DNA from: an uncultured Cytophagia bacterium
Lineage (GTDB): Bacteria; Zhuqueibacterota; Zhuqueibacteria; Thermofontimicrobiales; Thiofontviventaceae
Length of the DNA stretch: 64,000 nucleotides
NCBI GenBank assembly: GCA_964498785.1
Contig: CAZCJL010000004.1
Span: 19,176-83,175, forward strand
Direction: 5' to 3'
Both the position numbers and the translations under genes were made by a program. Of this stretch, positions 63,677 through 64,000 are shown piece after piece (the stretch's first letter is position 1; each line of letters begins with the position of its first letter). The notes beneath the pieces were generated by a model that saw only the letters and a program-made list of their open reading frames with translations, was not told the origin of the DNA and searched no databases.

Positions 63677-64000
63677 GAATTCAGTATTTTTACATTATAA
63701 TGTTCCTTTTTTCATTTACTGCTCTCCCCTGTTTTGCGCAGGAAAAGCTGGAAATTCTTAATGCAGATCGCGGGCGTGGAGAAAAGACAGATAACGGGAT
63801 TGTTAGGCATCTTGAAGGAAATATTCATTTACGCCAGGGAACAGCAGAGCTTTTTTGTGAACAAGTTACCTGGTATGTGGAATTAGATAAAACGATTTTG
63901 AAACAAAATGTGACATTTATTGATGGGCCGAGAACATTACAGGCAGATGAAATTATTTACTACAACAAAAAACAGATGGCTCATGCAATGGGCCATGTCG
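63673..64000 (+). CDS. OstA/LptA-like protein, N-terminal part (runs off the window end)
   Basis: Manual translation: MRIQYFYIIMFLFSFTALPCFAQEKLEILNAD...LEGNIHLRQGTAELFCEQVTWY...QNVTFIDGPRTLQADEIIY...AHAMGHV. ATGA overlap with the lptC stop. Not in the ORF track. Confidence 0.8.
   Translation, partial: MRIQYFYIIMFLFSFTALPCFAQEKLEILNADRGRGEKTDNGIVRHLEGNIHLRQGTAELFCEQVTWYVELDKTILKQNVTFIDGPRTLQADEIIYYNKKQMAHAMGHV

Overview
A 64-kb, AT-rich bacterial chromosome segment using the standard code. The gene content (DUF2723, DUF4837, OstA-like LptA, a FlgD/T9SS-type C-terminal sorting domain) points to an FCB-group organism such as KSB1 or Calditrichota; this is inference only. Most of it is housekeeping: amino-sugar catabolism (two nagB-type genes), ackA/pta, the radA-tgt-yajC-def-fmt-rsmB-rpe run, PBP1A, idi/nth, tRNA-Ala(GGC) and gatC-kdsB-pyrG-lpxL-like-lptC-lptA. 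No CRISPR array, intact transposase or integrase was seen. Main points of interest: (1) a 12-kb plus-strand locus with two tandem TMEM260/DUF2723 GT-C membrane proteins, a polyprenol-P-mannose synthase-like GT2, a flippase-like protein, a GT4, a methyltransferase and an RmlD-like enzyme, which is a candidate bacterial protein O-mannosylation system; (2) a pta-ackA-atypical ACP-DUF4954 run converging on a NagB-deacetylase fusion plus nagB; (3) three pseudogenes within 6.5 kb that are each broken by a large internal deletion (NCS2 permease, SLT-like lipoprotein/M23, and hsdM next to tRNA-Ala), which the ORF track does not show; (4) several non-coding palindromic repeat families; (5) a three-adaptor MacB/TolC-type exporter with no ATPase nearby. 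All protein family calls come from recognising motifs by eye, not from database searches.
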